From: Mobula hypostoma
Lineage: Eukaryota
NCBI RefSeq assembly: GCF_963921235.1
Contig: NC_086108.1
Span: forward strand, 5,642,001-5,706,000
Length of the DNA: 64,000 nucleotides
Direction of reading: 5' to 3'
The notes beneath the pieces were generated by a model that saw only the letters and a program-made list of their open reading frames with translations, did not search any database and had not been told where the DNA came from. The stretch's first letter is position 1. Every line of letters starts with the position of its first letter. Below are positions 38,856-52,268 of the stretch, piece after piece. Made by a program: the position numbers and the translations under genes.

Positions 38856-39974
38856 CTCTGAACTGTAGTCTTCTTTCCCAGAACCAGGATAATAGGAAGC
38901 AGTTGACATTGCTGTACTCTTGGTTAAGGCTCGATGAGACTGAAGTGAGAGGAAGGGAGTTTGACGCCACCACAATGAGACACTAAGAGGCTAGAATGTG
39001 CATACTCCGTAGAGTGGTTGTCCACCCTGTTCAGCAGCCGGCCTACGAGGGCACAGAGTCTGGGGTTGTGACAACTAATAAGGAAGTGCTGATATAACCA
39101 GAACAAGTTGTTAACTTGGCAACATTAACCAAAGTTCAAGGTTCAAAGTAAATTTATTATCAAAATACATATATGTCGCCATATACCACTCTGAGATTCA
39201 CTTTTCTTGTGCGCATACTCAATAAATCTATAGAATAACAACTGTAACAGAATCAGTAAAAGACGGCACCAACTTGGGCGTTCAATCAGAGTGCAGAAGA
39301 CAACAAACTGTGCAAACACAAAAATAAAATAATAATAATAATAAATAAATAAGCAATAAATATCAAGAACATGAGATGAAGAGACCTTGAAAGTGAGTCC
39401 ATTGGCTGTGGAAACACTTTAATGATGAGGCAAGTGAAGTTGAGTGAAGTTACCCCCGGTGGTTGAGGGGTAGTAACTGTTCCTGAACCTGGTGGTGTGA
39501 AAATCCTGAGGCTCCTGTATCTTCTTCCTGATGGCAGCAGTGAGAAGACAGCTTGTCCTGGGTAGTGGGGGTCTCTGATGACGGATGCGGTGACAGTGTT
39601 TCTCGATCATTGGGAAGGCTTTACCTGTGATGGACTGGGCCATATCCATTACTTTTTTTTTTAACGTGTAGTTTAGTTGGACATATAAGGAACTTAAGTC
39701 AATTATATTTCACTTGGACTGAGGATAGATCAGGGAAATACACGATATGATCAGCTAAAACAATCAAATGTTTCCATATGACCTGCCAGGTACAATTGGA
39801 CAGGAGTCTTTGTAGAAGGGTAACATTATTGGAGGCAAAGATAGGGCAGACAGTAATTTTTCCCAGGATAGAAATGTCAAAAATGAGAGGGCATGCATTT
39901 AAGATGAGAGGGGAAAAGGCCATAAGACATAGGTGCAGAATAAGGCCATTCAGCCCAGCTGGGTATGCTATTCC

Positions 39975-40615
39975 ATCATTGAGAAAACTAAAGAAATTTG
40001 GCCTGCCCCCTAAAACCCTCACTAATTTTTATAGATGCTCCGTAGAAAGCATTCTTCTAGGGTGCATCACAACCTGGTATGGAAGTTGTCCTGTCCAAGA
40101 CCGAAAGAAGCTGCAGAAGATCGTGAACACGGCGCAGCACATCACACAAACCAATCTTCCGTCCGTGGACTCACTTTACACCGCACGCTGTCGGAGCAGT
40201 GCTGCCAGGATAATCAAGGACACGACCCAACCAGCCAACACACTTTTCGTCCCTCTTCCCTCCGGGAGAAGGCTCAGGAGCTTGAAGACTCGTACGGTCA
40301 GATTTGGGAACAGCTTCTTTCCAACTGTGATAAGACTGCTGAACGGATCCTGACCCGGATCTGGGCCGTACCCTCCAAATATCCAGACCTGCCTCTCGGT
40401 TTTTTTGCATTACCTTACTTTCCATTTTTCTATTTTCTATTTATGATTTATAATTTAAAATTTTAATATTTACTAATTTTTACTATTTTTAATATTTAAT
40501 ATTTGTAATCCAGGGAGTGGGAAGCGCAGAATTAAATAATGCTGTGATGATTGTACGTTCTAGTACCAATTGTTTGGCGACAATAAAGTATAAAGTATAA
40601 AAATGTATAAAGTAT
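39975..40615 (+). mobile_element. Rex/L2-type LINE 3' fragment nested in a CR1 tail
   Basis: Open frame LRKLKKFGLPPKTLTNFYRC...PLPSGRRLRS and an (AAAGTAT)n tail. Confidence 0.8.
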
Positions 40616-42697
40616 TTTCCTTCTCGACCACATTCTCTTGCCTTCTCCCCATAACTTTTTATATCCTGACTAATCAAGAACCTATCAATCTCCACCTTAA
40701 ATACACCCAATGACTTGGCTTCCTCAACTGTCTGTGGCAAAGAATTCCACAGATTCACCACCCTCTAGCTAAAGGAATTCCTCCTCATCTCTGTCCTAAA
40801 GGGGCGTCCCCCTAGTCCTAGACTCCCCCACTATTGGAAGCATCCTCTCCACAGCCACGTTCCGCCTCTCAGTGTTTGTTTGGTTTCAGTAAGATCCCCT
40901 TCATTCTTCTAAACTCCAGCAAGTACAGGCCCAGAGTCATCAAACTCTCCTTATATGTTAAGCTCTTCATTGCCAGGGTCACTCTCATAGTTTGAGTTCA
41001 AATAGGACGTTGTAGACCATGGAACCAGGCACTTTGGTCCATCTCGTGTAGGCCAGAGAGATGGGCCCATTAATCAATCTAATCCTTCTCCCCCACGTAG
41101 CACTTAATTTCTCTATAATTCATGTACCTATCTAAGGGTCTCTAATTTATCTGCACCTACCATCATTCCTGGCACCACTTCCTGCGTAAAAAAAAACTTG
41201 CCTCTGATTTCCCCCCCATACTTCCCTCCAATCACCGTAAAGTTATGCCTCCTGGTGTCATGATAACTCTGTTAGTGGGAAGTTACTACGCAAGCATCAG
41301 TTGATTTTCTTCTGTGAGGTCATCAGCAATTGTAAAGTAGTTCAGGACATCCTACAGATCACATGAAAAGCATGGAGAGGGGAAATTGATCAGCCATGAT
41401 GAAATGGCAAGCAGAATTGATGGGTCAAATAGCCTAATTCTGCTCCTATATCTTATAGTCTAATGAAAGACATCAGAAAAATGTGAGCTGTATTTTTTTT
41501 CTTAATTCCTGGTATTAACTTTTCAGAATATTTTCTTCTGCCTCTGGACATACAGTAAACCTGCTTAGGCAGGTTTAGTCTATGCCATTTTCATCACTTC
41601 CAGTTAGTACTGGTCAGGTGGCGTGGCAGTATAGCGGTTAGCATAATCGCTTTACATTGCCGGTGTTCAGGGTTCGATTCCCACTGCTGCCTGTAAGAAG
41701 CTTAAGATAGGATGAAAGTATGGAGGGGGGAGATTCAGGGGCAAGTTGTTTTACACAGAGAGTGGTAAATGTAAGAAGCTTAAGATAGGATGGAAGTATA
41801 AGGGGGTGGGGGAGATTCAGGGGCAAGTTGTTTTACACAGAGAGTGGTAAATGTGTGGTAGAGGAAGATACACTGCAGCCATTTAAGAAACTCTTAGAAA
41901 GGCGCATGGATGATAGAAAAATGTAGAGTTATGCAAGGAGGAAGGGTTAGGTTGATCTTAGACATGAGAAAATCTGCAGATGCACAAAATACTGGAGAAA
42001 CTCAGCAGGTCAGCCAACCTCCGTGGAAAGGAGTAAACGGTTGGCACTTTGGGCCGAGACCCCTCTGCAGGACTGAGAAGGAAGTGGGGGAGGTGTCTGA
42101 ATTAAAAGATGGGGGGAGGGGAAAGAGTCTAGCTGGAAGGTGATAGGTGTGGCCAGGTGGATGGGAAAGGTAAAGGGCTGGCGAAGAAAGAATCTGATGG
42201 GAGAGGAGAGTGGACAATAGGAGGAGGTGACCCAGGGAAGGGATAGACAGGTGAGAAGAAGTGAAAGAAAGGATTGATCTTAGGCTAGGTGAAATTGCGG
42301 GCTGAAAGGTCTGCCCTGTGCTGTAATATTCTATGTTCTGTGCTATGTTGCTGTCAGAATGTGCGTCAGCACTTGAGGACTGCCCCCAGCACACCTTCAT
42401 GTGTGATGGTTGTTAACACAAAAGATGCATTGCATTGTGTGTGTCTGTACATGTGGTAAAAATAACTGAATCTCTGTCGTTGGGGCTTGTTTTCCCTGCA
42501 GTGAAGGTGGTTAGGAGATGACCTGAGAGCATGTGTGTAAAACTAGAAAAGGAAGATGGTAGGCACATCAAAACAAAGGAAACATAGGCATAAGACCATA
42601 AGACATTGGAGCAGAATTTGGCCATTCGGCCCATTGAGTCTGTTTCACCATTCCATCATGGCTGATTTATTACCCTCTCAATCCAATTCTCCTGCCT

Positions 42698-44218
42698 CCT
42701 GCCCTCCTCACAGTCCCCCACCCTGCTCTCATGACTATATCCCTTCCCCACACGAAACCACCATGGTGGGCTTCACAGCTGAGCAGGTGAGAAGACAGCT
42801 GAAACGTCTCAACCCAAGCAAGGCTGCAGGACTGGATGGTGTCAGTACCAGGGTGCTCAAAGCCTGTGCCCCTCAGCTATGTGGAGTACTTCACCATGTA
42901 TTCAACCTGAGCCTGAGTCTCCGGAGGGTTCCTGTACTGTGGAAGACGTCCTGCCTCGTCCCTGTGCCGAAGACGCCGCGCCCCAGCGGCCTCAATGACT
43001 ACAGACCGGTGGCATTGACCTCTCATCATGAAGACCCTGGAGAGACTTGTTCTGGAGCTGCTCCGGCCTATGGTCAGGCCACACTTAGATCGCCTCCAGT
43101 TCGCCTACCAGCCCCGACTAGGAGTTGAAGATGCCATCGTCTACCTGCTGAACCGTGTCTACGCCCAACTGGACAAGCCAGCGAGCACTGTGAGAGTCAT
43201 GTTTTTTGACTTCTCCAGTGCGTTCAACACCATCCGCCCTGCTCTGCTGGGGGAGAAACTGACAGCGATGCAGGTGGATGCTTCCCTGGTATCATGGATT
43301 CTTGATTACCTGACTGGCAGACCACAGTACGTGTGCTTGCAACACTGTGTGTCCGACAGAGTGATCAGCAGCACTGGGGCTCCACAGGGGACTGTCTTGT
43401 CTCCCTTTCTCTTCACCATTAACACCTCAGACTTCAACTACTGCACAGAGCCTTGTCATCTTCAGAAGTTTTCGGATGACTCTGCCATAGTGGGATGCAT
43501 CAGCAAGGGAGATGAGGCTGAGTACAGGGCTACGGTAGGAAACTTTGTCACATGGTGTGAGCAGAATTATCTGCAGCTTAATGTGAAAAAGACTAAGGAG
43601 CTGGTGGTAGACCTGAGGAGAGCTAAGGTACCGGTGACCCCTGTTTCCATCCAGGGGGTCAGTGTGGACATGGTGGAGGATTACAAATACCTGGGGATAC
43701 GAATTGACAATAGACTGGACTGGTCAAAGAACACTGAGGCTGTCTACAAGAAGGGTCAGAGCCGTCTCTATTTCCTGAGGAGACTGAGGTCCTTTAACAT
43801 CTGCCGGACGATGCTGAGGATGTTCTACAAGTCTGTGGTGGCCAGTGCTATCTTGTTTGCTGTTGTGTGCTGGGGCAGCAGGCTGAGGGTAGCAGACACC
43901 AACAGAATCAACAAACTCATTCGTAAGGCCAGTGATGTTGTGGGGATGGAACTGGACTCCCTGACGATGGTGTCTGACGGAGCGTCATAGGAAGTCATTC
44001 CTGCCTGTGGCCATCAAACTTTACAACTCCTCCCTTGGAGGGTCAGACACCCTGAGCCAATAGGCTGGTCCTGGACTTAATTCATAATTTACAGGCATAA
44101 TTTACATATTACTATTTAACTATTTATGGTTCTATTACTATTTATTATTTATGGTGCAACTGTAACGAAAACCAATTTGCCCCGGGATCAATAAAGTATG
44201 ACTATGACTATGACTATG
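42698..44218 (+). mobile_element. Rex1/Babar LINE RT, young 5'-truncated copy
   Basis: KAAGLDGVS...YRPVALTS, then after one frameshift FFDFSSAFNTI, TGAPQGTVLSP and KFSDDS. (TATGAC)n tail. Confidence 0.9.
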
Positions 44219-45277
44219 TAACCTTTGATAACCTTAATAATCAAGAATCAGTAGATGCCCTCCACAGATGCTTTCTGAATTTTGTGTGTGTTGCTCTGGG
44301 TTTCCAGCGTCTGTAGAATCTCTTGAAAATCAAAGTTTGAGTGTGTATGTGTTTGTGTGTGTGTGTGATTGTGTATCTGTGAGTCTGTGCGTGTGTGTGC
44401 ATGCACATGCATGTACGCACTATTCTATTTATACAAACCTCCCCACCCTTGTCACACCCCCACCCATTTTGCCCCCCTGCTGCTCCCATGGCCAAATGCC
44501 CACACTCCACCTGAAGACATTGTCGGTCTCCCTCCCCACAGCAGGGAGCGGTCAGTCATCAGGTGAAGGTACAGTGTATGTTTCTGCCCATCGTTCATGT
44601 TGTTACTCGGGCTGCTGGGCCAGGAGCAAGGCATTCATTTCGAAACTATCCAAATACCAAAAGGATGAGTTACTGTTGTTGTGCTCACTGCTGTTTTGTC
44701 AGCTTCTTCTCCTCTGCCATCAGATTCCTGAATGGACATTGAACCTTGAACACCACCTCACCAATTTTCCCAAATTATAGTGATGCCTTCCATGAGTTTC
44801 ACACTCGATCTCAATCAGCCAATGCACAGCATGGGTCTTAACATAGAACATAGAACTAATTGTGGACTTCAGGGAAGAGGATTTCGAGGGAACATACACC
44901 AGTCCTCATCGAGGGATTGGCAGTGGAAAGGGTGAGCAGATTCAAGTTCTTGGTGTCAACATCTCTGAGGATCTATCCTGGGCCTGGCATATCGATGCAA
45001 CTACTAACAAGGCACGACAGTGGCTGTATTTCATTAGGAGTTTGAGGAGATTTGCTACTCACCAAAGACACTACAGAGTATTCTAACTGGCTGCGTTACT
45101 GTCTGGCCTGAAGAGGCCACAGCACAGGGTTGGAAAAGGGCTGCAGTGGTTTGTGAATTCAGTCAGCTCCCCAGTATCCTGGACATCTTCAAAAGGCGAT
45201 GCCTCAGAAAGATGACGTCCATCAATAAAGACCCTCATCACCCAGGACATGACCTCTTCTCATTGTCCCCTCTCATT

Positions 45278-45568
45278 AACAGAGCATTTTCACCCACAGA
45301 ACTGACGCTTACTGGATGATTTGCTTTTGTTTTGCACCATTCTTTGAGATACTCAAACCACCCTGTCTGGCACCAACAATCATTCCATGGTCTAAGTCAC
45401 TTTGATCAATTTTTTTCCCTATTCTGATGCTTGGTCTGAACAACTGAGCCTCTTGACCACACCTGCATGCTTTTATGTATTGAGTTGCTGCCACACGATT
45501 GGCTGATTAGATGTTTGCATTAATGAACAGGTGTACAGATGTACCTGATAAAGTGGCCACTGGGTGTA
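45278..45568 (-). mobile_element. Tc1/mariner 5' remnant
   Basis: Reverse copy of the 15015 element end (…GTACCTGATAAAGTGGCCACTGGGTGTA), encoding DQSDLDHGMIVGAR. Confidence 0.7.
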
Positions 45569-45609
45569 TGTACGGTGTACCAGTGATAATAACGATTCTG
45601 TTCTGAACA

Positions 45610-46340
45610 GAACAGCACTTTACAGGCCCTTTAGCCAACGATGTTGTGCTAAAAAACAAATCAAAAACACCCAAACACTAATCCCTCCTACCTACACCAT
45701 GTCCATATCCCTCCATCTTCCTCACATCCATGTGCCCATCCAAACATCTCTTAAAAGCCTCTAATGTATTTGCCTCTTCCACCAGACCAGGCAGCGCATT
45801 CCAGGCATCCCCCACTCTCTGAGTAAAAAACTTACCCCTCACATCCCCCTTGAACTGACCCCCTCTCACTCTCAATGCATGCCCTCTGGTATTAAACAAT
45901 TCAACCCAGAGAAATGGATACTCCCTGTCCACTCTTTCTATGTCTCTCATAATCTTATAAACCTCTGTCAGATCTCCCCTCAGACTCTGACGCTCCAGAG
46001 AAAACAACCCAAGTTTGTCCAGCTCTCGTGATAGCACATGCCCTCTAAACCAGACAGCATCCTGGTAAACCTCTCCTGCACCCTCTCCAAAGCCTCAACA
46101 TCCTTCCTCTAGTGGGACAACCAGAACTGTATGCGATACTCCAGATGTGATCCAACCAGAGTTCTAGAAAGTTGCAACATAACCTCCTGACTTTTGAATT
46201 CAATGCCTTGACTAATAAAAGCAAGCATTCCATAAGACTTCTTAACCTCCTCATCGAACTGTGTAGCCACTTTCAAGGAGCTGTGAACTTGGATCCCAAG
46301 ATCTCTCTGCTCGGCAACACTGTTAAGGATCGTGCCTTTA
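45610..46340 (-). mobile_element. CR1 3' fragment
   Basis: LGLFSLERQSLRGDLTEVYKI...TRGH...FFTQRV. Confidence 0.85.
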
Positions 46341-46730
46341 ACCCTTGCCTCTTATCATCTTATACCTCTGTACCAAGTCTTATGTTGTGCATTTTATCTA
46401 ATGTCCTGTGTCAGCTCTGAGACGCACCCTTTCGGTTTGGGAGGTAGTGCCTGAAGATGCACATTAATTCTTCTCCCTCGTGCCATGACAACAGACAGTG
46501 GGTAAACCAGTGAAGATTTACGTCAGAAAAGGGTGGGGACGTTTGTAGAGTCACCCAGCACAGGCTCCTTCGGCCTAACATGTTTCTGTTGACCATCCAG
46601 CCCAGTCTAATCCTGTTTACTAAACTTTTCCTTTGGTCTGAGTTAGTGCTGTTGTTCCTAATCGAAGTTCAAAGGGCATTTATTATCAAAGTATGTATAC
46701 ATTATACAATCTTAAGATTCATCTCTCTAC

Positions 46731-47258
46731 CAGACATCCCACCTCTCCCGGAACTTCCAGGAGTCTCCCGCATATGAATAGTGGCTCCCTGATGCCCGCA
46801 AATTATATACAATATCACGGAAATCAATTTTTTTGAGAGCGAGAGAGAGAGAGAGAGCACGAGAGCAAGCAAGAGCGCGCGAGCGATAGAGAGAGAGAGA
46901 GAGAGAGCGTGCGCCATGGGAGAGTGTTCCAAAAAAAGAAAATATAAAACGTACGTCACCCCAGACTACACTAAAGTGTACCCCTGCCTAATAGGGGTCA
47001 AAAATAATGACAGTGTTGCTCGCTGCACTGTTTGCAACAGTGACTTTTCTATTGCCCATGGTGGGTAAAGACTGTAAAAGACATGGTGAGGTGAGTTTAA
47101 CAGGTGCCATTCATTCATTAGCATAGCTAACGTTATTTAAACTAGCTGGCCAGCTGCTAAGGAGCTACTCTATTGCAGACATCCCACCTCTCCCGGAAGT
47201 CTCCCGCAAATTGATGGTGCTACTCCCTGAAATGAGTTTTTGCAGGGTGGGATGTGTG
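46731..47258. mobile_element. TIR MITE (hAT-like)
   Basis: CAGACATCCCACC at the left and GGTGGGATGTGTG at the right, with an internal repeat of the left terminus at about 47177. TSD not resolved. Confidence 0.55.
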
Positions 47259-48361
47259 CCTTACAGACAGCCAACAAAGAAACCCAGAAGAACCCATTTT
47301 AAAAGAGACTAACAAACACCCAATGTGCAGAAAGAGAGAGAGAGAGAGAGAAAAAAACACAAATTGTGCAAACAATAAAGGCAAGCAACAGAATTCAGAA
47401 TGAAAGTGAGTCCACAGACACGAAGCCTGGAGCAACCCAGAGCAGGCCACAGCCTCAGCCTCAGTTCATCACACAGCAAAGCCATGCAGACATGAAGCCT
47501 GGAGCAGTTGGAGCAGGCCCACAGTGCGGCAGAGAGAGGAGCCACACAGACACGAAGCCTGGAGCAGGCCACAGCCGTAGCCTCAGCCTCAGTTGATCAC
47601 ACAGCAGAGCTCACAGACACGAAGCCCAGAGCAGGCCCACAGCCTCACCTTCAGTGCAGCCGAGAGTGAAGCAAACATTGTGGAGCAGTGAACAGAACCG
47701 GCTCGACCCTCGACTCTGCTCCCGACACCCTGCCTTTTTAATCCAACCGGCCTGACGTTTAAATCGTCCAAGTATTGGGATATTCCTCACTCTAAGACCT
47801 GGATGCTGTCGCATCAATACGATCTGAGCCAGGATTCAGCCACCCTGTCCTGGCCCATACCTGACCTTTCCAGATCAGCCTGGTGCTTAGATCAATCAAA
47901 CCTCACTCTCGGTTTAGGTGTTCGGGCTCCGAGATTCCGCTGCTCCGAATGGCTCACTTTGTATTGTTTTATTCAATAACGTTGCTGACTGATGCTAATT
48001 TTGAAATGTTTAAGTTGTACCTGAAGGACAAATCTCTACTTTATCTTTTATTTTATTTCGAGATACAACTCAGTAGAAGGTTATTCTGGCCCAATGAGTC
48101 CATGCCACCCAATTACACCCTTGTCACCATTTAACCCACCAACCGGTACATCGTTGGAATGTGAGAGGAAACTGGAGCACCCGTAGGACACCCACACATT
48201 CACAGGGAGAATTCACAAACCCCTCAAGGGCAGCATTGCAAATTGAACCCGGGTAATGCCTGAACTACTGTGTATTCGGAGATTGCTTGTAGTCAATGTG
48301 CTGTCTGTAGTGGAAGATGGATCTCAAGGTTATATACAGTACACTGTACATACGTTGATAG

Positions 48362-49160
48362 CACTGGACAACAAATTTTTTTGGAAGTGTTGCTTCCTCA
48401 GATTCTTTTTAATGATAGACTATTTAAAGCTGAACACAAATATAATTTCAGACTACTTATATCACTTAGGAATTTGGAGAAACAAGATATTAACTTTTAT
48501 TGAATATAATGTGTTTAATTGCATAACAGTGCTGATACTTTGCAATAGTTCAACTAAGCTAAAATGTTTTGTTGATGATTATCATTTGTACTCAGTGTCT
48601 GAGGCTTCTCACTGAAGTGTCCAACAATAATCAGCCAACATTGATGGATTCCAGTTGCCCTGATACCATTTCTCCATGACCATAATGTCCTGGTGAAACC
48701 TTTCACCGTGCTCGTCACTGACAGCGCCTAGATTTGCAGGGAAGGAGTCTAAATGGGAACGCAGAAAATGAATCTTTAGTGACATGTTGCACTTCATGGT
48801 TTTGTATGCTTGAAGCATGTTGTCAACCAGCTGCATGTAATTTGGTGCTCTGTAGTTGCCAAGAAAATTTTCAACAACATCCTTGAAGGCCTTCCATGTG
48901 ATTTTCTCTGGTCCCACTAGAAGTTCTTTGAATTGCCTGTCGTTGATGACCTGTTTGATTTGTGGACCAACAAAAATGCATTCCTTAATCTTGGCATCAG
49001 TTATTCTGACTTGAATTATGAATTGAAACAACAAACATAGGTGATTTCAAATAAATGGTGCAGGATAGGGAAATTCCATGGTGATTTTCATGATCAGCAG
49101 CCCAGAATCCGTAAGACACATCCAAAAGTATTCAGGAAGCAAAACCTTTGTTGTTCAGTA
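48362..49160 (-). mobile_element. Second Chapaev3-type deleted transposon
   Basis: CACTGGACAACAAA terminus. ORF 48609-49034 is the same transposase C-terminus without a frameshift (MSLKIHFLRSHLDSFPANLGAVSDEHGERFHQDI). Confidence 0.75.
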
Positions 49161-50964
49161 CTGTGAACTTAAAGAGGTGACCTGTGGCTTTATGGGTAAC
49201 AGTTTGGATTTTGATTTAGAAGGTTGTACGTTTAATATCCAGGTACATGGATAGGAAAGGTTTAGAGCAGGGGTTCCTAACCTGGCGTCCACGGATCCCC
49301 AAGGGGTTCTATGAATGTGGATGGGGAAGAAAATTTACATCTTAATTTTCACTAATTTAGCAATGAAATTTAGCAATTTCCTTCAATGATGATGTAGGCA
49401 ACAAACCGCAGTAGTATTAGCCGTACCTTTGACTTTGCCATCGATAGAAATCACAGAGATTTTCATATCACAGTACAATTGTTACAAATATCATTTATGG
49501 CACACTTATCACTACTTTGAAATGACGGTAGTTATTAGACCCGCTGCTATATCAAACGTGACGCAGTCTTCCTGTCTGCAGAAGCTCATGCAACTATCAG
49601 GCAGACAAAGGGCCCAAAGCATTATTGTGGACCCCTACCCCCCCCACCCCCCCCACCCCCACCCCAGCACACAATCTCTGACCACTTCTGTCAGGAAGGA
49701 GGTACAGGAGCATCAGGACTCAGACTGCCAGACTGGGTAACAGTTTCTTCCCCCAGGCTGTGAGTCTAATGAACGCCCTGCCACCCCTGGGGCCTCATCA
49801 CCTGGACAGTGAGCTGTTTACCATTCTGTTTGTTGTTTACTGTTTACCTGTGCTGTGTTTTACTACATGCATTTTAATTATATTTTATTAACTTATTTAT
49901 AGTATAATATTTTGGTTTATGTGGTGTGTGTGATATATATTGTGTGCGTGCACTGAGGGCCAGAGGAACGTTGTATATATGCTCAGTCAGGTGACAATAA
50001 ACTTGAACTTGGATATCCAGAGAGACCATAAGACACAGGAGCAGAATTAGGCATCGAGTCTGCTTCGCCATTTCATTGTGGCTGATCATTTCCCTTCGAA
50101 CCCCAGTCTCCTCCCTTCTCCCAATAACCTTTCATGCCCTGACTAATCAAGAACCTGTCAACCTCCACCTTAAATGCACCCAGTGACCTGGCCAACACAG
50201 CCGCCTGTGGCAATGAATTCCACAGTTTCACCACCTTCTGGCTATATAAATTCCCCCTCATCTCCGTTCTAAAGAGACACCCCTCTGTTCTGAGGCTGTC
50301 TCTCATGGGTCATGAGAAAAGCCAGAGTGAGGGCATATAATAGAGCAAAAATTTGAGGGCAGTTAGAGAGTTGGGAAATTTTTAAAATCCAACAGAAGAC
50401 AACTAAAAAAGCCATAACGAGGGAAAAGATGAAATATGAAGGTGAGCTAGCCAGTAGGATCAAGATGCCAAAAGTTTTTTCAGCTATATAAAGAGGAAAA
50501 GAGAGGTGAGAGTCAATATTGGGCTGCTGGAAATGACATTGGAGAGGTAATAATGGGGAGGCAAGGAAATAGCAGATGAACTAAATAAGTATTTTGCATC
50601 CATTTTTCTGTGGAAGACACTAGCAGTATGTTAGAAGTTTGAGAGAGTCAGAGAGATGACACGAGTGTTGTTGCTGCTACTAAGAAGAAGGTACTTGGGA
50701 AGCTGAAAGGTCTGAAGGTGGATAAGTCACCTGAACCAGATAGACTACACCCTAGAGTTCTGAAAGAGGTATCTGGGGAGATTGTGGAGGCTTTGGTAAT
50801 GATGAATTAAAAAAAAATATTAACCTGTCATACAATCTTGTTACCTTAATCAACAGCAGAAAATAAGCAAGAGTGTAATGGACTTGCTGTGTAAAATACT
50901 GGTTTGTCACTGAGGGACCTAGCTCTTCCTATGCCAGTGCAAGGGAAACTATGGGGGCACCACG

Positions 50965-51315
50965 GTAGCATAAGCTTCCTTCCACTAGCCTGCAGGTCAC
51001 CCTTGGACAAGGTGAAGCACCTGCTTAGCATCTGCTCCCGCCCCCCACCTCCCGATCAGGGTCATGTGAAGCCACGGGAGCTGGTGGTGGATGGTCGTAT
51101 GAGCAGCCGGTGCAAATCACAGGTCCTGGTTATGCGACCACTGACAATCTTTGAAGAACATTGATAATGACTGGGGTCACCTGTCTTGTAAAGACACTGC
51201 CCAGAAGAGGTCAATGGCAAACCACTTCTGTAGAAAAATTTGCCAAGAACAATGATGGTGAAAGACCATGATTGCCCACGTTGTGTGACACGACACATAA
51301 TGATGATGATGATAA
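50965..51315 (+). mobile_element. RTE-tail SINE-like repeat (second copy reversed at about 52920-53250)
   Basis: CAATGGCAAACCACTTCTGTAGAAAAATTTGCCAAG motif resembles RTE/Bov-A-type repeats. (GAT)n tail. Confidence 0.55.
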
Positions 51316-51906
51316 GTTTTCAGATGCACAAAGGGAGGGATGAGACAAAGGGAATACTTGATTTAAGGTGTGACCAGGTCAGAGAGTGTAGTTAGTGGGC
51401 AAGGTCAAAGCAATTTTATTATAGAAGTATGTATATGTCAGCACACACTACTTTTAGATTCATCTTCTTGCAGGCATTTACAAGAAAATAAGCAAATACA
51501 ATGGAATTCATGAAAAACTATAAATAGAGAAAGACCGACACCCAACCAAAAGAAGACAAATTGTGCAAATAACAAAAATTAAGTAACACTGAGAACATGA
51601 GTTGTAGATCCTTGAAAGTGAGTCTGTAGGTTGTGGAATCAGTTTAGTGTTGAGGTGAGTGAAGTTCAAAGATTCAAAGTGCATTTATTATCAAAGTATG
51701 GATAACTTACACAACTTTGAGATTTAACTGACTGGAAGCTGTGTGAGTGGTTGTCAAATCTATCCATACTATCCTTTAGACTTCAGAGTCACACACCAAC
51801 AGCTACTGATTGCAACATTCCTCAGGCATGCCGTCGAGCAGCCTCAGTATCAGTTCACCATATAGAGAGCAGATCACTGTGAAGCATGCAGACTCAGAGC
51901 ATATAG

Positions 51907-52268
51907 TCCACACTGGTTCAGGAGCCTGATGGTTGAGGGGTATAACTGTTCCTGAACCTGGTGGTGTGGGACCTGAGGCTCATTGTGGTGAGTGAAGTTA
52001 TCCACACTGGTTCAGGAGCCTGATGGTTGAGGGGGTAATAACTGTTCCTGAACCTGGTGGTGTGGGACCTGAGGCTCATTGTGGTGAGTGAAGTTATCCA
52101 CACTGGTTCAGGAGCCTGATGGTTGAGGGGGTAATAACTGTTCCTGAACCTGGTGGTGTGGGACCTGAGGCTCATTGTGGTGAGTGAAGTTATCCACACT
52201 GGTTCAGGAGTCTGATGGTTGTGGGGTAATAACTGTTCCTGAACCTGGTGGTGTGGGACCTGAGGCTC
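51907..52268 (-). repeat. 94-96-bp tandem repeat (about 4 copies) in LINE 3' end
   Basis: Units at 51907, 52001, 52097 and 52193, same sequence family as 34686 and 36124. Confidence 0.95.

Noticed and set aside
41693..41852. ~80-bp direct duplication
   Set aside because: A local duplication of a CR1 3' fragment with no further structure.
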